Below are positions 38,101-48,141 of a stretch of DNA of 64,000 bases, in pieces. Both the position numbers and the translations under genes were made by a program. The notes under the pieces were generated by a model. The model made no database searches and had not been told where the DNA came from. It worked only from the letters and a program-made list of their open reading frames with translations. Source of the DNA: Macrostomum hystrix (Eukaryota; Animalia; Platyhelminthes); assembly GCA_950097015.1 (NCBI GenBank), contig CATNEN010000001.1, positions 26,598,001 through 26,662,000 of the forward strand. Reading direction: 5' to 3'. The stretch's first letter is position 1; each line of letters starts with the position of its first letter.

Positions 38101-39884
38101 GCAGCAGCAGCAGGCTGGCGGTAGGGGCAAAGGCGGGGGCGGAGGTCGCGGACCTGGCGGCGGTTCGGACTCGGCTTACATCGGCCCGCAGGTGCCAGAA
38201 GAGATGGCCGAGCGCCTGGGCCTCGGCGTCAAGGCTGGTGGCGACGCTTCCTCGCCGACCGCGTCTTCAGAGCAACAGCAGCGAGCAATGCAGCCGCCGT
38301 ACTCTTCAAAAGAGCAGCAGCAGTACCAGGAGCTGATGAAGCGCGCTCAGGAGCATGCTAGGATGCAGGCCGCAGCTGCTGCCGCCGCCACTTCAGGCTC
38401 GCCGTCTGGTGAAGCTGCATCCGGCACTCCGGGCGCCGAGCTGCCCAGGGCTACCTCCGCTGCTGCCGCCGGTGCAACTGGAGGCGCCATGTCACCCGGG
38501 ATGCTGGTCCAGCTGCCACCGCACCTACCGCATCATCCGCACCACCAGCTTCAGCAACAGCAGCAGCATGTAGATCCAGCCGTTGCCTACTCAATGGCGG
38601 CTGCCGCAGCCGCTGCAGCTGCAGGTGGCGGCCTGCCCTCTCTAGCCAGCATCGGGGGCGTTGGTGTCAGTGGCGCCGGCGGAGTTGTCGGTGCCGTCGG
38701 CCCGCTGCCTCCGCACCTCAGCCTGGCATCGAGCGCTGCCGGAGCCGCCGCTGCCCCATTTCTGCACGCTGCACAGCTGGCTCAGCACCAACAACACCTG
38801 CAGCAACAGCATCTACATCAGCAGCATCTGCAGCAACAGCACCTGCATCAGCAGCACCTGCATCAGCAGCACCTGCAGCAGCAGCACCAACTGGCTCAAG
38901 CCCATCACGCTGGGTCGCAATTCTCAGGAGCAGCAAGCCAACACCTGCAGCAGTTCATCATGCAGCAGCAGGTGGGTCACACTCTTCTGCTTCTATTCTG
39001 TAAATCTGTTGAAGGCAGTTTGTTTATTCTGTTTTTGTCTTTCTTTTCAGGCTGCTATGGCTGCGGCTGCCGCTTCGGGTGCCGGGCAAATTCAAGCTGC
39101 GAACCAAGCCGCTGCCGCAGCAGCCGCAGCAGCCGCGACTGGCAACTCCTCTGGCGCCGGTGCAGCTGGCGGTGGAGGCAGCAGCGGAGGCGCAGGCACC
39201 GCAGCCCCTGCGCCTGGCAACACTACGCCGAATAACATCGCCCCTTCTGCAACCACGCCATCCGCTGGCGAGCCCGTCCAGCAGCCGCAGCCTCCGCCGC
39301 CGGCCGCTTTGGCAGCCGCTGCGGCCGCCGCTGCAGCCGGAGCTGCTCCAACTTCCACTGCCTCCGGGCTGCCTTCGCTGCAACTGCTGCAGCTGCAAGC
39401 AGCTCAGCTGCAGGCATTCCAGCAGCAGCAACAGCAGCAGCAAGCGCAACACCAGCATTCTATGGCCGCCACCACCCAGGCTGCCCTGCAACTGGCCGGT
39501 GGGCTGCACCAACAGCCGCAGTTCCTGCAGCCCAGTCAGCTGCTGCGCTTTCTGCCACCGGCAGCTGCTGCTGCTTCGAATCCCTTCCTGGCTCTGCCTG
39601 GCGCCCAGCAGAACCTGCTGTTCCAGCAGCAAGTAGCCGCCGCTGCCGCAGCCTCTCCAGCCGGCCTGCTGCAGCAGCACTTCCTGGCCGCTCAGAGCGC
39701 CGGTCTGCAGCGCTTCCTGAATCCCCTGAACCCGCTGGCTGCCGCTCAGCAGCTAGCAGCTGCGGCTGCCACCAGCCAGGCCGCCGCTGCAGCCACCGGG
39801 CCAGTCATCATCAACGGACAGCTGTTCATGAGAGCCCCGGCCGCAGCCGCAAGCAATCCGCTGTTTCTGCAGCGCAACGGCTGA
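35189..39884 (+). CDS. GPATCH8/ZNF804-like SR-rich nuclear protein, 3' exons 35189-35288 (tentative), 35647-38971 and 39051-39884
   Basis: AVLARDGNSEIDWPRDLLRLTRASPPLIYS resembles the conserved GPATCH8/ZNF804 motif VLSKD...WPSELL.FT.AEP.ISYS. It is followed by Lys-rich NLS tracts, an RS domain, YIGPQ and a His/Gln/Ala-rich C-terminus. Junctions CAG|GTGGGT and TTTTCAG|GCT are in phase. The 5' exons are unresolved. Confidence 0.75.
35325..35625 (-). mobile_element. SINE family A, internally deleted copy plus an adjacent fragment (intronic)
   Basis: Contains CTGACTTTCTCATCGTCAGGC and the head CGCGTTAACCGCTCTGCCACTCACCCCC. Confidence 0.75.
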
Positions 39885-40669
39885 CAAGTCGCTTGTTTAG
39901 ACTAACTCGATGGTCTGTGGATTCACCTTTCACTTCAGTTTCGGCGCACTATTTTGAGTGGATTTCAGCTTCTTTAAGGGCTTCTTGAGCACTGTGTTAT
40001 CACCCATATAGTTTCTAAATTATATTTATTTCTTATTCTAAAGCTTTGGAACAAAACTGCACAATTGTGCCGCCTGTCCTTCTGTTTGTTAGTTAACTGC
40101 ATACTGTTTTGGTTTGTTTAAGTTGCTTGTTTTTCTCCTTTTACGTAATGCCGCATATTTGTCTCATCCATCCATTGTTTTATCTAGAGCTCTGCGAGTC
40201 AAATCCATGCTGCAATAGTACCTGAGTTCATGCTCTGTTCACTTGTTTTATTGAAGTATTTAATTAGTTAATTATCTGAAATATTATCTGGCCTCACTAA
40301 CTCACTGCTCACTGCTGTGCGTGCTCGGTCTCGCGAGCGAGGCTGCTCATTTGGGATGCAACAGCAACCTAGATCCTCAAGATGCCATTGTGAACCACCG
40401 TATCCCGATAGTTTAATATTGTCTACATGTTAAGCCCTCCGCTAACCGCATCATGTGTACATAATCAACTGCCCAACACCTCTCCTGTCTCCAGCCCTGC
40501 CTGCTGAATAATGAAATTTTCCGTAATTTGAATGCGAAATATACACCCTGGTCTGATGCTGGGTTCCGTTTCAGAGCAGAAGCTTTCACGTGTAAATCGT
40601 TGAATCGTGCAGCTTTTTGGAGGGCTGTTTAATTTTACTAAGTAGATTGACTTGCCAGTTTGGGTTAGG

Positions 40670-41140
40670 TGTAGCCTGAGGTATGGGGTGTGTGTAGCCT
40701 GAGGTATGGGGTGTGTGTAGCCTGAGGTATGGGGTGTGTGTAGCCTGAGGTATGGGGTGTGTGTAGCCTGAGGTATGGGGTGTGTGTAGCCTGAGGTATG
40801 GGGTGTGTGTAGCCTGAGGTATGGGGTGTGTGTAGCCTGAGGTATGGGGTGTGTGTAGCCTGAGGTATGGGGTGTGTGTAGCCTGAGGTATGGGGTGTGT
40901 GTAGCCTGAGGTATGGGGTGTGTGTAGCCTGAGGTATGGGGTGTGTGTAGCCTGAGGTATGGGGTGTGTGTAGCCTGAGGTTTGGGATGTGTTTAGCCTG
41001 AGGTTTGGGATGTGTTTAGCCTGAGGTTTGGGATGTGTGTTTAGCCTGAGGTATGGGGTGTGTGTAGCCTGAGGTTTGGGATGTGTGTAGCTTGAGGTAT
41101 GGGGTGTGTTTAGCCTGAGGTTTGGGGTGTGTGTAGCCTG
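40670..41140. repeat. 23-bp minisatellite (GTAGCCTGAGGTATGGGGTGTGT)n, left part of the array split by LINE copy B
   Basis: Tandem copies; the array resumes at 47482. Confidence 0.95.
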
Positions 41141-41255
41141 ACTTACTTGACTTAGCGGCAGGGAGCCTCCATGACGGACGCAGCGAGGAGGCGGCTGATG
41201 CCGCCCATATCGCTAACCCCTGGCAGCCAGACAGCCTCCAGCGAGGCGGTGCCGC

Positions 41256-44200
41256 TCAGGGTGGTCCGTCGGTCGATTCCGCCGCGCGATCTTCCTCGCC
41301 ATAGGCTGGGAAGAAATCAGCTCGGCCGGTATCCCGGAGGAAGTGGGCGAGCTGTGGGATGCTCTCGGGCGAGCAGGCTTCGGCGAGAGTCGGTGCCGGC
41401 CCGAGATGTTTTAGCCTGGCCCGGGTGAAGGCCGGGCAGTGGCAGATGAAATGCTCTGCATTTTCGCGTCCGGAGCAGCAGAAGGGACACGTTTCCTCAG
41501 GCACGTGGCCTTGAAGGTAGCGGTGTCTGGTGAAGCAGCCATGTCCCGAAAGAGCCATAGTGACTGCTCTTTGGTCTCTGCAGTTAAGCCTGAGTAAGGC
41601 CTTACGCAGGTTACTAGAGGGGGTTGGCACCGCAGCCCTGGACTGGCGACAGTTCAGGGTGCTGGACCACCTCCTCCGGTGCTGGGTCTCCATCCAGCAG
41701 TTGATGCTGGAGTTGACAACTGAGATGGGGATCGGGGACTCCGGGCCCGGGCCCATCAGGGAGCTGGCTGCTCCAGCCTTAGCAAGCTGGTCCGCCATCT
41801 CATTCCCTGTGAACCCGGCATGCCCAGGGATCCATAGCAGCTCCACCTTGTTAGACTGCGCCAACCCGTTTAACTGGGTGTTGCAGTCCAAGGTGGTTCT
41901 GGAGCGAGAGGTGCAGCGGCTGAGGGCCTTGAGGGCTGCTTGACTGTCGGAGTGAAAAAAGATCCTCCGACCAGCCAGCTGCCTCTGGCGCAGCTCAGCC
42001 GCACAGAAGCTGATGGCGAGCACTTCGTTTTGGAAAACGCTAGAGCTCTTGCCACAGTATTGGGAGTGGGTCCAGAGGACCTCACCACCCGAGGCGACGC
42101 ACACTCCGAATCCCGATTTACCGTTCATCAGAGAGCCGTCAGTGTAACAGTGGACTGCCGGGTCATCCCAGCAGTCCTTTACCTCATTACGAGGGGAGAT
42201 GCTGACTTTGTACCTGTGGCTCCGGAGTAAAGTGGCCGGGGCCCCGTCCGAAAGGATGGTGAGCCCTCCGCACTCGCCCAGAGTTTTCAGGCAGAGGTCA
42301 GAGTGAGGCAGAAGGGAGCGCTTCGAGAAGGCTCGCGAATTCTGGAAGGAGACACCCGCATCAAGAAGACGACGGGTGGACTTTGCTGCTTCCCCCTTGA
42401 CGAAAATGTCAATGGGTGTAGCGTTGAGGAAAGCATTCATGCCTTCGAAGGGAGTGGAGGGTGGGGCGCCCAGCGTCATACGACAGGCTCTGCCCTGCAC
42501 CCTATAAAGCGCCTCCAGGTTTTTCTGGATGCCCATGGCGCTGGCCCAGATGAGGCCAGCGTAAGCGACGGACGGTCTAATGATCGCCGTGTAAATCCAC
42601 CAAAGGTTCTTGGGGGTTAGCCCCCAGGTGGTGCCCACGGCACGCCTGACTTGCGCCAGTATGGCCAGGGCCCTCTTGGCCTTTGTGGTGATGTGTGGGG
42701 TCCAGTTAAGCCTATGGTCTAGCACGAGACCAAGGCACCGGACCTGCTTTTCCATGGCAATATTCTTGCCATAGAGAGTCAGAGGCTTAATGGTCCAGAG
42801 CAGTTTGCTGGTAAACATAACCGCAACGGTCTTGGACTCAGAGAGTCGGAGCCCGCATTGGTCCGCCCAGCGCACCGCCCTGTTGATAAAGCCCTGGATG
42901 AGGTCTCTGGTGGTTTCCGCCGAGGGGCCCGCGCAGATGGCGGTCACATCGTCGGCATATCCCACCTTCAGGACTGGGTCTGGACGAGTGCTTTTCAGCA
43001 GCTCATCCATGACGAGATTCCACAGCAGTGGGGTGAGGACGCCGCCTTGGGGCCCTCCTTTTAGGACAGGTGCCGAGAGCAGCCTTCCTTCGAGGTGGGC
43101 CACCACGTGGCGATGCCGGATCATGTACATGACCCAGCGAACGAGGTGGGGGTGAGTGGCCCTGGAGACCAGGGCCTCCTCAAAAGCTTCGAAAACAACG
43201 TTATCGAAGGCCCCCTCAATGTCTAGGAAGACAGCCAGGGCAAAACCGCTGCCCAGCACTGCCTTCTCGAGAGTCTCCACGATGCAGTGGAGGGCGCTCT
43301 CCGTGGACCGGCCCGCCCGAAAGGCGTGCTGGTTTGGGGAGAGCGGGGCCCGCCCTAGCTCTACAGTAAGAAGGCGCCAAAGCACCAGTCTTTCCATGAG
43401 CTTGAGGCAGGTGGAAGTCAAACTTATCGGGCGATAGGACTTGACCGAGCGATAGTCGCCTTTGGCGGGCTTCGGGATGAAGACGACCCGGGCTTCGTGC
43501 CACAGCGCTGGTACATAGCCCAGCACGATGCAGGCCCGTAGAAGTCTGCAGAGGAGATGGAGGAAGCGGCCATTTTTGACCGCTTCATGCAAAAAGGCCG
43601 GATAAATACCATCTGGCCCAGGTGCTTTGAAAGGGTTGAATGACTTTGCCGCGCGAACGATGCGGTCATTCGTGACGAGTGACTGAGCCAGGCCCTGACC
43701 TCCACGTGAGTGGTCGTCTGGGCCAAAGTGCGCCGGTACACTCGGGAAGAAATGCCCTAGCATAAGCTCGAGCGTTTCCTCCGGGCGCTCCGTGATCGAG
43801 CCGTCTGGCTTTTTGATCGATGAGAGCTTGGAGAAGCGGTCGTTGGTGAGCGCCTTTACCACGCGGGCCGTGGGCCGCGAGCCCTCAAGCCCTTCGCAGT
43901 ATTGCCGCCACTTGTCCGCTTTTGCCCTTCTGACCCGGCCCTTAAACTCATGGATGGCGCGAGTATAGGCCTCTTTGTCATCAGGGTCGTGCGAGATTTT
44001 CAGCCTCCTCTGGAGAGCCTTTGCTCGGCGTCTCAGGACTCCGAGCTCGGGGTTCCACCAGGGGGCCGATTTTTTGCCTTTGTAGGCTTTGAGCGGGCAA
44101 GCCATTTCGTAGGCCTCTGTGATGGCGCCGCCCAGCAGGGCAGCCACTCCATCTAGGTCCTGCGTGGTTGCCATGGCCATGGAGGGGTCGGAATCCCGAA

Positions 44201-44960
44201 GGCCCTCATGCAGCTTTTGGCTGAACACGGGCCAGTCGGTGTTTCTGACATTACGCCTCCAGATAGGCTTTTGCTTCTTATCGGGGGTACCGATGTTGAA
44301 GCGAATGAAGCGGTGGTCAGAGAGCGAGCTTTCGGTCTCCCACACCTCCCACCCCAGCACCCTTGGGAGGATGCCGGGTGAGGCCAGGGTGACGTCAAGC
44401 ACCTCAGCCCACCGCCCATTGTCGAACGTGGGCGTGTTGCCCACATTGCAGAAGTTAAGAGGCGTGCCGCTAACGAAGGCCAGGAGCTCTTCGCCGCGGT
44501 CATTGATTTTTGAGCTACCCCAGTGGGTGTGATGCGAGTTTGCATCTCCCGCGAGGAGCAGCTCAAAATTTCGTGCCCTGGCGAAATCACAGAGGGCGAC
44601 GAGGGTATCGCTGACCACGGGGGCATCGCCTGCCAGGTAGGCGGATGCCACGAGGGTCAACTTGTTGGGCACAATGTGTGCAGATTGGATGACGCAGATG
44701 TCCCCGTTAGAGAGATCGGGTCTCATCCACGCATTTAAGGCTTTTGCAGCATAGATCAGTGATCTAGGGCGGACAGAGTCTGCCATGCAGAAGCAGTCAT
44801 AGCCAGCAGGAATGTTACTTGGCTTGTTTTTTGATAACCAGGGCTCCTGCACAAGTACAAGGCCCGGCATCGTGCGCTCTGTCGTGCGCATCAAATTGAC
44901 TGATGCTGCCACGCAGTGCTGGGTGTTAGCTTGCAGACATGATATTCCGGGGATCATCAT
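41256..44960 (-). CDS. LINE ORF2 APE-RT-RNaseH-CCHC (1234 aa, intact)
   Basis: Same motifs and length as 16648-20352. Confidence 0.97.
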   Translation of the reverse strand: MMIPGISCLQANTQHCVAASVNLMRTTERTMPGLVLVQEPWLSKNKPSNIPAGYDCFCMADSVRPRSLIYAAKALNAWMRPDLSNGDICVIQSAHIVPNKLTLVASAYLAGDAPVVSDTLVALCDFARARNFELLLAGDANSHHTHWGSSKINDRGEELLAFVSGTPLNFCNVGNTPTFDNGRWAEVLDVTLASPGILPRVLGWEVWETESSLSDHRFIRFNIGTPDKKQKPIWRRNVRNTDWPVFSQKLHEGLRDSDPSMAMATTQDLDGVAALLGGAITEAYEMACPLKAYKGKKSAPWWNPELGVLRRRAKALQRRLKISHDPDDKEAYTRAIHEFKGRVRRAKADKWRQYCEGLEGSRPTARVVKALTNDRFSKLSSIKKPDGSITERPEETLELMLGHFFPSVPAHFGPDDHSRGGQGLAQSLVTNDRIVRAAKSFNPFKAPGPDGIYPAFLHEAVKNGRFLHLLCRLLRACIVLGYVPALWHEARVVFIPKPAKGDYRSVKSYRPISLTSTCLKLMERLVLWRLLTVELGRAPLSPNQHAFRAGRSTESALHCIVETLEKAVLGSGFALAVFLDIEGAFDNVVFEAFEEALVSRATHPHLVRWVMYMIRHRHVVAHLEGRLLSAPVLKGGPQGGVLTPLLWNLVMDELLKSTRPDPVLKVGYADDVTAICAGPSAETTRDLIQGFINRAVRWADQCGLRLSESKTVAVMFTSKLLWTIKPLTLYGKNIAMEKQVRCLGLVLDHRLNWTPHITTKAKRALAILAQVRRAVGTTWGLTPKNLWWIYTAIIRPSVAYAGLIWASAMGIQKNLEALYRVQGRACRMTLGAPPSTPFEGMNAFLNATPIDIFVKGEAAKSTRRLLDAGVSFQNSRAFSKRSLLPHSDLCLKTLGECGGLTILSDGAPATLLRSHRYKVSISPRNEVKDCWDDPAVHCYTDGSLMNGKSGFGVCVASGGEVLWTHSQYCGKSSSVFQNEVLAISFCAAELRQRQLAGRRIFFHSDSQAALKALSRCTSRSRTTLDCNTQLNGLAQSNKVELLWIPGHAGFTGNEMADQLAKAGAASSLMGPGPESPIPISVVNSSINCWMETQHRRRWSSTLNCRQSRAAVPTPSSNLRKALLRLNCRDQRAVTMALSGHGCFTRHRYLQGHVPEETCPFCCSGRENAEHFICHCPAFTRARLKHLGPAPTLAEACSPESIPQLAHFLRDTGRADFFPAYGEEDRAAESTDGPP

Positions 44961-44972
44961 GCAGGCAGAGGT

Positions 44973-46520
44973 CTACTTGGAGGGGGACTCAGCCAGAAGG
45001 CGGTCCTCCTCCTCCGGGTCGATGTCGGTAGCCATGGGCTCCTCCGTGCCCCGGGCCCGAGCCAGAGGCGGGAACTCGACGGGGTCAGCCGCCCAGTCCC
45101 CACCCCCGGCCCCGAGCCCAGGCCCAGAGTCACCCTCAACCGGTGCCGACACCGCACCCTGGGCCGTGGGAGGGGCGCTCGAAGGGCCCTGCTCGATGGA
45201 GCTGGGCACCTTAGAGGCCTCCCCCGTAGCCCTTGGTTGCGGCGCCTGCCCCGGTGGGCAACCGCGCATCTCAGCGCGCAGCTGGGCCATCCTGGCGGTT
45301 CGCACCACCTCGGAGGCCCGCTGGAGAAGGCCCCGGCGCTTTGTGATGCGCGCGGGGCGACGCTCAGAGCTGCCAGCGATGGCACGCTCTGGCCTTTTTT
45401 GGCGAGACGACTGGGCCCTGCCCCCAGTCCCAACCTCGGGGTCCGAGGACCCTTCAGTGGCCGGTACGGTGGTGGGCCCGGTCTGACCTCGAGTTTTATC
45501 TGCCTCGAAGGCGAAGATTTTGGTCTTCCACAGACCAATGCAGATGTTGGCGCCATCTGGGTAACGGCGTGTCCATTGCTCGGACAGGCCCAGAATGGCG
45601 GTGAACCCGGTGCCATCGGGGCGCAGGATCGTGCGGTGCACGATCAGGCCCGCTGTCGGCAGCTCCCGGTTCATCGCGATGAGGCCCATGCGGAGGTCCT
45701 CAGCGCTGGTGACGACACTTTTCGCCGGGACGAAAATGCGGTGTCGCTTGGTCTTTGGTGGCTCGTTCTCCCGGAGGAAGTCGAGGCCAGCCGCCCAGCT
45801 CTGCGTGGGCAGCAACTCAAGGAGCCGCCGCCCTGATTCCGCGTCGCCGGGCCAGACGACGAAGCACGATTCCCTGGTAGCGCTTGCGCCGACCGCCAGG
45901 GGCTCGCCCTTCAGTTGGAGTTGCCACAGCATAGCATCTATGTTGCGGCAAATGTTGCTGAGCTGTTCGCTGCTCAGCCTTTTTCCGTCTCTGCCGGTGA
46001 TGACAACGGCAGGTTGCCTACGTGCGATGGCGGCGTAGGTGGCATGTGGTCCCGGGCCCTGTCCGGTGGCGACCCCACCCTCGGGATCAGCGTCGGCGGT
46101 GGGCACAGGGCCCTCTGCCTCCGCTTCTCCTTCAGGCCGAGCCGCCGTCCGGATGGGCGCCGGGACCTCCTTGGCCCGCGACCCTGGCCTCGGGGCGTCG
46201 TGGGCTCCGCCCCGTGCAGGAGCCTGGGCAGGAGGCGCAAGGCCCCCCGCCCCAGCCCCCGCCCTAGGCAGAGCCCCTTCGGCCCCTCTGGTCTGGGCCC
46301 GGTCCTCGGTCGATGGAGCCGGCTTGCCGTGGGCCATTAAGCGCCTACGACGCTTTGCCGCTCCAGAGGTTGAGGAGCGCTTAGCGCCCCGGTCATCGCG
46401 CGAGTTGGGCAGCGCGGCATTTGTGGCGGTCGCGGGGCCAGCTAGCCCGGGCGCCGCAGCGTGTATGGCCTCGGGCACCATGGTGTCCTCGGCCGGAGCA
46501 GTTGGTAGGCTGGAAGCCAT
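44973..46520 (-). CDS. LINE ORF1 (gag-like; probable DUF4780-type domain as in LOA/Lian elements)
   Basis: First ATG at 46520 (MASSLP); SGAAKRRRR and TYAAIAR motifs, then a globular region VITGRDG...KIFAF; no CCHC knuckles; stop 12 nt before ORF2. The domain assignment is from recalled family features. Confidence 0.8.
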   Translation of the reverse strand: MASSLPTAPAEDTMVPEAIHAAAPGLAGPATATNAALPNSRDDRGAKRSSTSGAAKRRRRLMAHGKPAPSTEDRAQTRGAEGALPRAGAGAGGLAPPAQAPARGGAHDAPRPGSRAKEVPAPIRTAARPEGEAEAEGPVPTADADPEGGVATGQGPGPHATYAAIARRQPAVVITGRDGKRLSSEQLSNICRNIDAMLWQLQLKGEPLAVGASATRESCFVVWPGDAESGRRLLELLPTQSWAAGLDFLRENEPPKTKRHRIFVPAKSVVTSAEDLRMGLIAMNRELPTAGLIVHRTILRPDGTGFTAILGLSEQWTRRYPDGANICIGLWKTKIFAFEADKTRGQTGPTTVPATEGSSDPEVGTGGRAQSSRQKRPERAIAGSSERRPARITKRRGLLQRASEVVRTARMAQLRAEMRGCPPGQAPQPRATGEASKVPSSIEQGPSSAPPTAQGAVSAPVEGDSGPGLGAGGGDWAADPVEFPPLARARGTEEPMATDIDPEEEDRLLAESPSK

Positions 46521-46752
46521 TTGAAAGCTGCAATGAGGAGAGGGGCTTCCTGTAGACACAGGCAGGAATAACCCGCTCAGCCGCGATCCCAAAGCTGAGC
46601 GGGGGCAGCCAAAAAAGACAAGTTACAACCCGGGGTGGGATGCCAGGACCACCGGGAGGAACCGTAGGAGGCCAGACTACTCCCTGGTCAAGCGTCCATC
46701 AGCACGGTCAACACTGGGACATTAGAGGGCGCTATTTGGCCAGCGCCGAGGC

Positions 46753-47192
46753 CTGCGGACTGGCCGCATACCCTGTTAAGGTCAAAGGGTGACACCTTTC
46801 CCTCAGAGCCGAAGCCAGAGGTACCTGATCACGCACAGGTGCACGAACGCTGCGGACTGGCCGCATACCCTGTTAAGGTCAAAGGGTGACACCTTTCCCT
46901 CAGAGCCGTAGCCAGAGGTACCTGATCACGCACAGGTGCACGAACGCTGCGGACTGGCCGCATACCCTGTTAAGGTCAAAGGGTGACACCTTTCCCTCAG
47001 AGCCGTAGCCAGAGGTACCTGATCACGCACAGGTGCACGAACGCTGCGGACTGGCCGCATACCCTGTTAAGGTCAAAGGGTGACACCTTTCCCTCAGAGC
47101 CGTAGCCAGAGGTACCTGATCACGCACAGGTGCACGAACGCTGCGGACTGGCCGCATACCCTGTTAAGGTCAAAGGGTGACACCTTTCCCTC
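46753..47192. repeat. 97-bp tandem repeat (about 4.5 units) inside the LINE 5' UTR
   Basis: TGCGGACTGG recurs at 46754, 46851, 46948, 47045 and 47142. Confidence 0.95.
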
Positions 47193-47254
47193 CAACCGGG
47201 GCTAGAGGTACCCAGTTAGGCCGGAGGCCCTGGATGGGTCGTCCAGCGCTGTTG

Positions 47255-47481
47255 CCCATTCTGTCCGGCTGCCCTAGGGTCAGCCTTGAACACTCGCGGG
47301 ACGTGTACCCATGGGTCAGCTGACGGGACAACGTGGAGAGGATTCCTTCACCCGGAGGCACAGGTCTCCTTCCTGCCAAACCTGCTCAAAAAACTACTGC
47401 AGGTGTGAGGCATCGCAGACCTTAGCCCGTAGGCCTGGTCTGACTCATACCACACAGGCATTGTGTCCCGCCGGTGCGAGC
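47255..47481 (-). ncRNA. HDV-like (CPEB3-type) self-cleaving ribozyme at the LINE 5' end
   Basis: P1 GCUCGC/GCGAGU with a G1-U wobble; 160-nt J1/2; P2 CCCAU/AUGGG; P3 GGG/CCC; L3 UACACGU; P1.1 AC/GU; P4 GGCUG/CAGCC; J4/2 CAGA. G1 (47481) is the element boundary. Confidence 0.85.
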
Positions 47482-47855
47482 GTGTGTAGCCTGAGGTATG
47501 GGGTGTGTGTAGCCTGAGGTTTGGGATGTGTTTAGCCTGAGGTTTGGGATGTGTGTTTAGCCTGAGGTTTGGGTTGTTTGTAGCCTGAGGTATGGGGTGT
47601 GTGTAGCCTGAGGATCAGGATGTATGTAGCCTGAGGATCCGGATGTGTGTAGCCTGAGGATCAGGATGTATGTAGCCTGAGGATCAGGATGTATGTAGCC
47701 TGAGGATCAGGATGTATGTAGCCTGAGGATCAGGATGTATGTAGCCTGAGGATCAGGATGTGTGAAGCCTGAGGATCAGGATGTATGTAGCCTGAGGATC
47801 AGGATGTATGTAGCCTGAGGATCAGGATGTATGTAGCCTGAGGATCAGGATATGT
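47482..47855. repeat. 23-bp minisatellite, right part, drifting to GTAGCCTGAGGATCAGGATGTAT
   Basis: Tandem copies. Confidence 0.93.
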
Positions 47856-48141
47856 GCGTACTGTCCACTGGCTAGCATAACTGAAAGAATGAGAAAGCTA
47901 CAAATGAAGATGAAAGCAATTTTTGGCCGGACCAGTTTGATCAGTTAAAATGCTAAAACAACAAAAATTATCGGAACTAAAATATTTTACACCCGACGAC
48001 TACTTAAAGTAGTAGTGGATTTGGAGTTCCCAGGCTAAACTCTACTGCTGTAGCGAATCGGCAGTCTGCATTACATGCGGATAGCATAAAAGCAGGAATG
48101 TTAATTGCTAAGCACCAGTAGATCCTAGGCCAGGTTTTACA

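Larger units (their letters stand above)
41141..47481 (-). mobile_element. LOA/R1-group non-LTR retrotransposon, copy B, full length
   Basis: 5' UTR, ORF1, ORF2, structured 3' UTR and TAAGTCAAGTAAGT tail. Both flanks read GTGTGTAGCCTG(A), within the minisatellite. Confidence 0.95.
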
